DNA from: Antedon mediterranea
Lineage: Eukaryota; Animalia; Echinodermata
Direction: 5' to 3'
Assembly (NCBI RefSeq): GCF_964355755.1
Contig: NC_092677.1
Span: forward strand, 25,779,175-25,843,174
Length of the DNA: 64,000 nucleotides
This document shows positions 62,301 to 64,000 of this stretch, in pieces. Positions within the stretch are counted from its first letter, which is position 1, and the number at the start of each line of letters is the position of its first letter. Below the pieces are notes generated by a model, which worked only from the letters and a program-made list of their open reading frames with translations, searched no databases and had not been told where the DNA came from. A program made the translations under genes and the position numbers.

Positions 62301-63661
62301 AAAGAAGATATTCTGGCTACTTAACAACAAGCTTGGTTTAGTACAGTAATATTACACTTAAGTGAGATTTTCTCTTAAATATTGAGTATTTCACTTAATT
62401 TAATAATTTAATTTAAGCATTTCCTTTGTATTCACTTAGATGGAGATTTTTTTAATTTTAAGTGTTTCGCTTAGCCTAAGTGTGAATGGTGCATACGGCC
62501 GCTGGGACTAAATTAATATCCAGAGCAGTATTTCCTTGATTTTGCAATAGTCTAGCTACCGGCTACTGAGAGCATGTCCTTAGTCATTTTAATGCTTAAC
62601 TATATGAATATTAAAACAATAGACAATTCAAATGTAAACATACAGTAATATAAACAAATCAGAGCGAATGTACTTGATTAGATCAGCTTGAACAGAAGAC
62701 AAGTGGGCCTTGCCACGCTAAGCACTTCCTCTAAGACTGGTAATATGCCGTACATAAATCTACTATTTCAGTATAAACAATCATGCTATCACTGCCAAAA
62801 CATATCATTGACATTGCCTTTTTTCCATAAATTCTAACCAGGAAGATACTACTACTACTACTAATAACAATACGAATTTGTAATGTGCCAATTCCAGCAG
62901 TAGGTGATGAAAAGGCGCGGTATGAAAGCTCAATTTGAAAGAAAAAGATGTGTTTTCAAGGCAGATTTAAAGGCGATAGTAGAAGAAGATGTTGAAAAGC
63001 ATTACAGTATAAAGATTCATCAATTAAAGAAATCGTGTGTATGTTTTTAATACTGTATTTTCATTACCATATCGCCACTTTAAACGAGTTTGCACATTGA
63101 CGACAGTGGCGCTATTAATCCTTCACTGGCTAAAATCAGGGGCCCAGAGCTTGTTTGGTTCTCACTAGAGACGCAACACAAGAACGTAACTCAACGTAAG
63201 TGATTCAAACAATGACAAGTGATGGATTATTCGAAGTGGTGCTTGTCCTTGGTCAACTCATTTGTGTTGCTTGTGTTGTGTCTAAGTTCTTGTGTTGCGT
63301 CTAAGTTTTTGTGTTGTGTCTTTAGTGAGAACCAAACAAGGGCCCAGAGCATGAGCAGCCCCCAATGCAACTACCCAGCATTGGAGGGCCTTTAGGAGTG
63401 CTAAACCAGGGGCCTTTTCATCCTGCCTTACGCCACTGGATGATGCATGAAGATTTTGGCTACTTGGAAAAAAAAAATAAATAAATATGGATAATAAACA
63501 CTAATAATAGTGTTAATTTATCAAGATACAGAGTAGAGAAAGCCTAATATTTACCTGTGTGGTTTTTTTCATTCGTTGAGATGGTCCTGGATACTGGTTA
63601 GAGTAAATATCGGTCAAAAAAAGAGAATTTATCAACGTACTTTTTCCAAGACCAGATTCAC
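44106..63661 (-). CDS. SEPTIN7: Septin-7 (5' exons lie beyond the window end)
   Basis: Exons 63661-63555 (G1 [15 protein letters not shown]), 53343-53243 (G3 DTPGFGD), 52836-52702, 52377-52260 (G4 AKADTLT), 50743-50648, 47020-46924 (PFAVVGS...RGRQYPWG), 46314-46152 (HCDF...HYENYR), 45953-45806 ([17 protein letters not shown]), 44839-44697 (coiled coil), 44154-44106 (KKKTLF*). The C-terminal coiled coil is characteristic of the SEPT7 group. Confidence 0.93.
44980..45808. repeat. About 85-87-bp minisatellite (9-10 units) abutting a septin exon
   Basis: Unit tttgggcaagccctcagatagaatacactgacatcactatttgatttagatgtgtttatcactagcccaccgggcaagttcacccat; gacatca occurs at about 45039, 45120, 45207, 45294, 45379, 45464, 45549, 45634 and 45719. 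Confidence 0.95.
47112..47303 (+). mobile_element. L2-type LINE 3' end with (TTA)n tail
   Basis: [26 protein letters not shown], followed by ggcgctatataag and a (tta)n tail. A similar minus-strand tail lies at about 62850-62990. Confidence 0.6.
48779..48982. mobile_element. PIF/Harbinger-like MITE family B (TIR AGCTCTGTCTACACTATCAAACT), representative copy
   Basis: tta-agctctgtttacactatcaaact...agtttgatagtgtggacagagct-tta. Other copies or fragments at about 3967, 13938, 14028-14255, 18210-18318, 21388-21517, 23636-23767, 25930-26020, 42257-42390, 42708-42840, 44410-44587, 46529-46670, 51105-51213, 55840-55997, 56299-56458 and 56706-56857. Confidence 0.85.
49090..49425. repeat. Degenerate aatgaatat-containing tandem repeat
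   Basis: Repeated (t/c)aatgaatat(g/t/a)cat units of about 25 bp. Confidence 0.7.
49881..49931 (-). CDS. Candidate 51-nt in-frame cassette exon of septin-7 ([17 protein letters not shown])
   Basis: Long polypyrimidine tract ending ttttatcag, 17 open codons, then AAG|gtataa donor. Phase 0-0 matches the flanking intron (50648/47020). Confidence 0.45.
50495..50640. repeat. Short degenerate ttac(a)ccaggtg repeat next to a septin donor
   Basis: About 8 copies of accaggt, spaced 11-20 bp apart. Confidence 0.65.
51671..51850. mobile_element. Harbinger-like MITE family D (AGGGCCTTTCACAC...)
   Basis: Ends agggcctttcacac / gtgaaagaccct. Related copy at about 36231-36410. Confidence 0.6.
57310..57700. 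repeat. About 52-61-bp tandem repeat built from palindromes (6-7 units)
   Basis: Each unit has ctaaacagatctgtt(tag) and aaactagttt. Confidence 0.9.
59571..61613. mobile_element. About 2-kb non-autonomous TTAA-flanked (Kolobok-like) DNA transposon
   Basis: Left ttaa-agtaggtatcccaatg, right cattgggatacctat-ttaa (inverted match with one indel). CpG-richer interior; no transposase ORF recognised. Confidence 0.65.
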
Positions 63662-64000
63662 CTACAAAAAAAAAAGGAGATAAAAAAATGTTTAGCTTAA
63701 AATTCCATTAATTAACAATTAATTATCAAATATAGCTCATTAAAACAAATGTTATTATAAATGTACTGCAGTACTGTAATATTACCATAATTTTTAATAT
63801 TGTTGTGTAGGTTTTGACATGAGTGTTATTTTTGTTTGGAGAAGTTGGGCGGGAACACTTTATCTCTTACAACCACACTCAAGCTAATTCAACACATCAC
63901 CCATCCAAGAGTCACACCCGAGTACAAGAAAGTACAATTTTATTTTTTCACAGCCACCCATAACTTATTGACACCCATCCCTAGACTTCTTCAACTACCT

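Overview
AT-rich, intron-rich animal genomic DNA, not prokaryotic; an echinoderm-like invertebrate is my inference from the ST8Sia-type gene and the repeat content. By following GT-AG splice sites and reading frames by hand I could assemble five spliced genes. (1) An alpha-2,8-sialyltransferase-like GT29 gene (+, 992/3440-11846). (2) A plant-ECI-like crotonase-family enoyl-CoA delta isomerase ending in a PTS1-like SQL (-, 19440-13673). (3) FBXO15 (+, 19981-25468), head-to-head with the ECI gene. (4) A PLA2G15/LCAT-family lipase (-, 39174-30889) with a duplicated terminal exon at 27124-27001 carrying a Trp->TGA change. (5) Septin-7 (-, from beyond the window end to 44106). The introns hold many non-autonomous DNA elements (PIF/Harbinger-like, hAT-like, Kolobok-like, P-like, Mutator-like, Helentron-type), SINE and LINE remnants, and minisatellites. 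The most notable unexplained signals are: two tandem Penelope-type minimal hammerhead ribozymes in an ECI intron, plus a degenerate third copy; the duplicated catalytic-His exon of PLA2G15; a candidate 51-nt in-frame cassette exon in septin-7; a minisatellite built from the septin 5' splice site; and a perfect 70-bp palindrome. Most ORFs in the supplied track are spurious.
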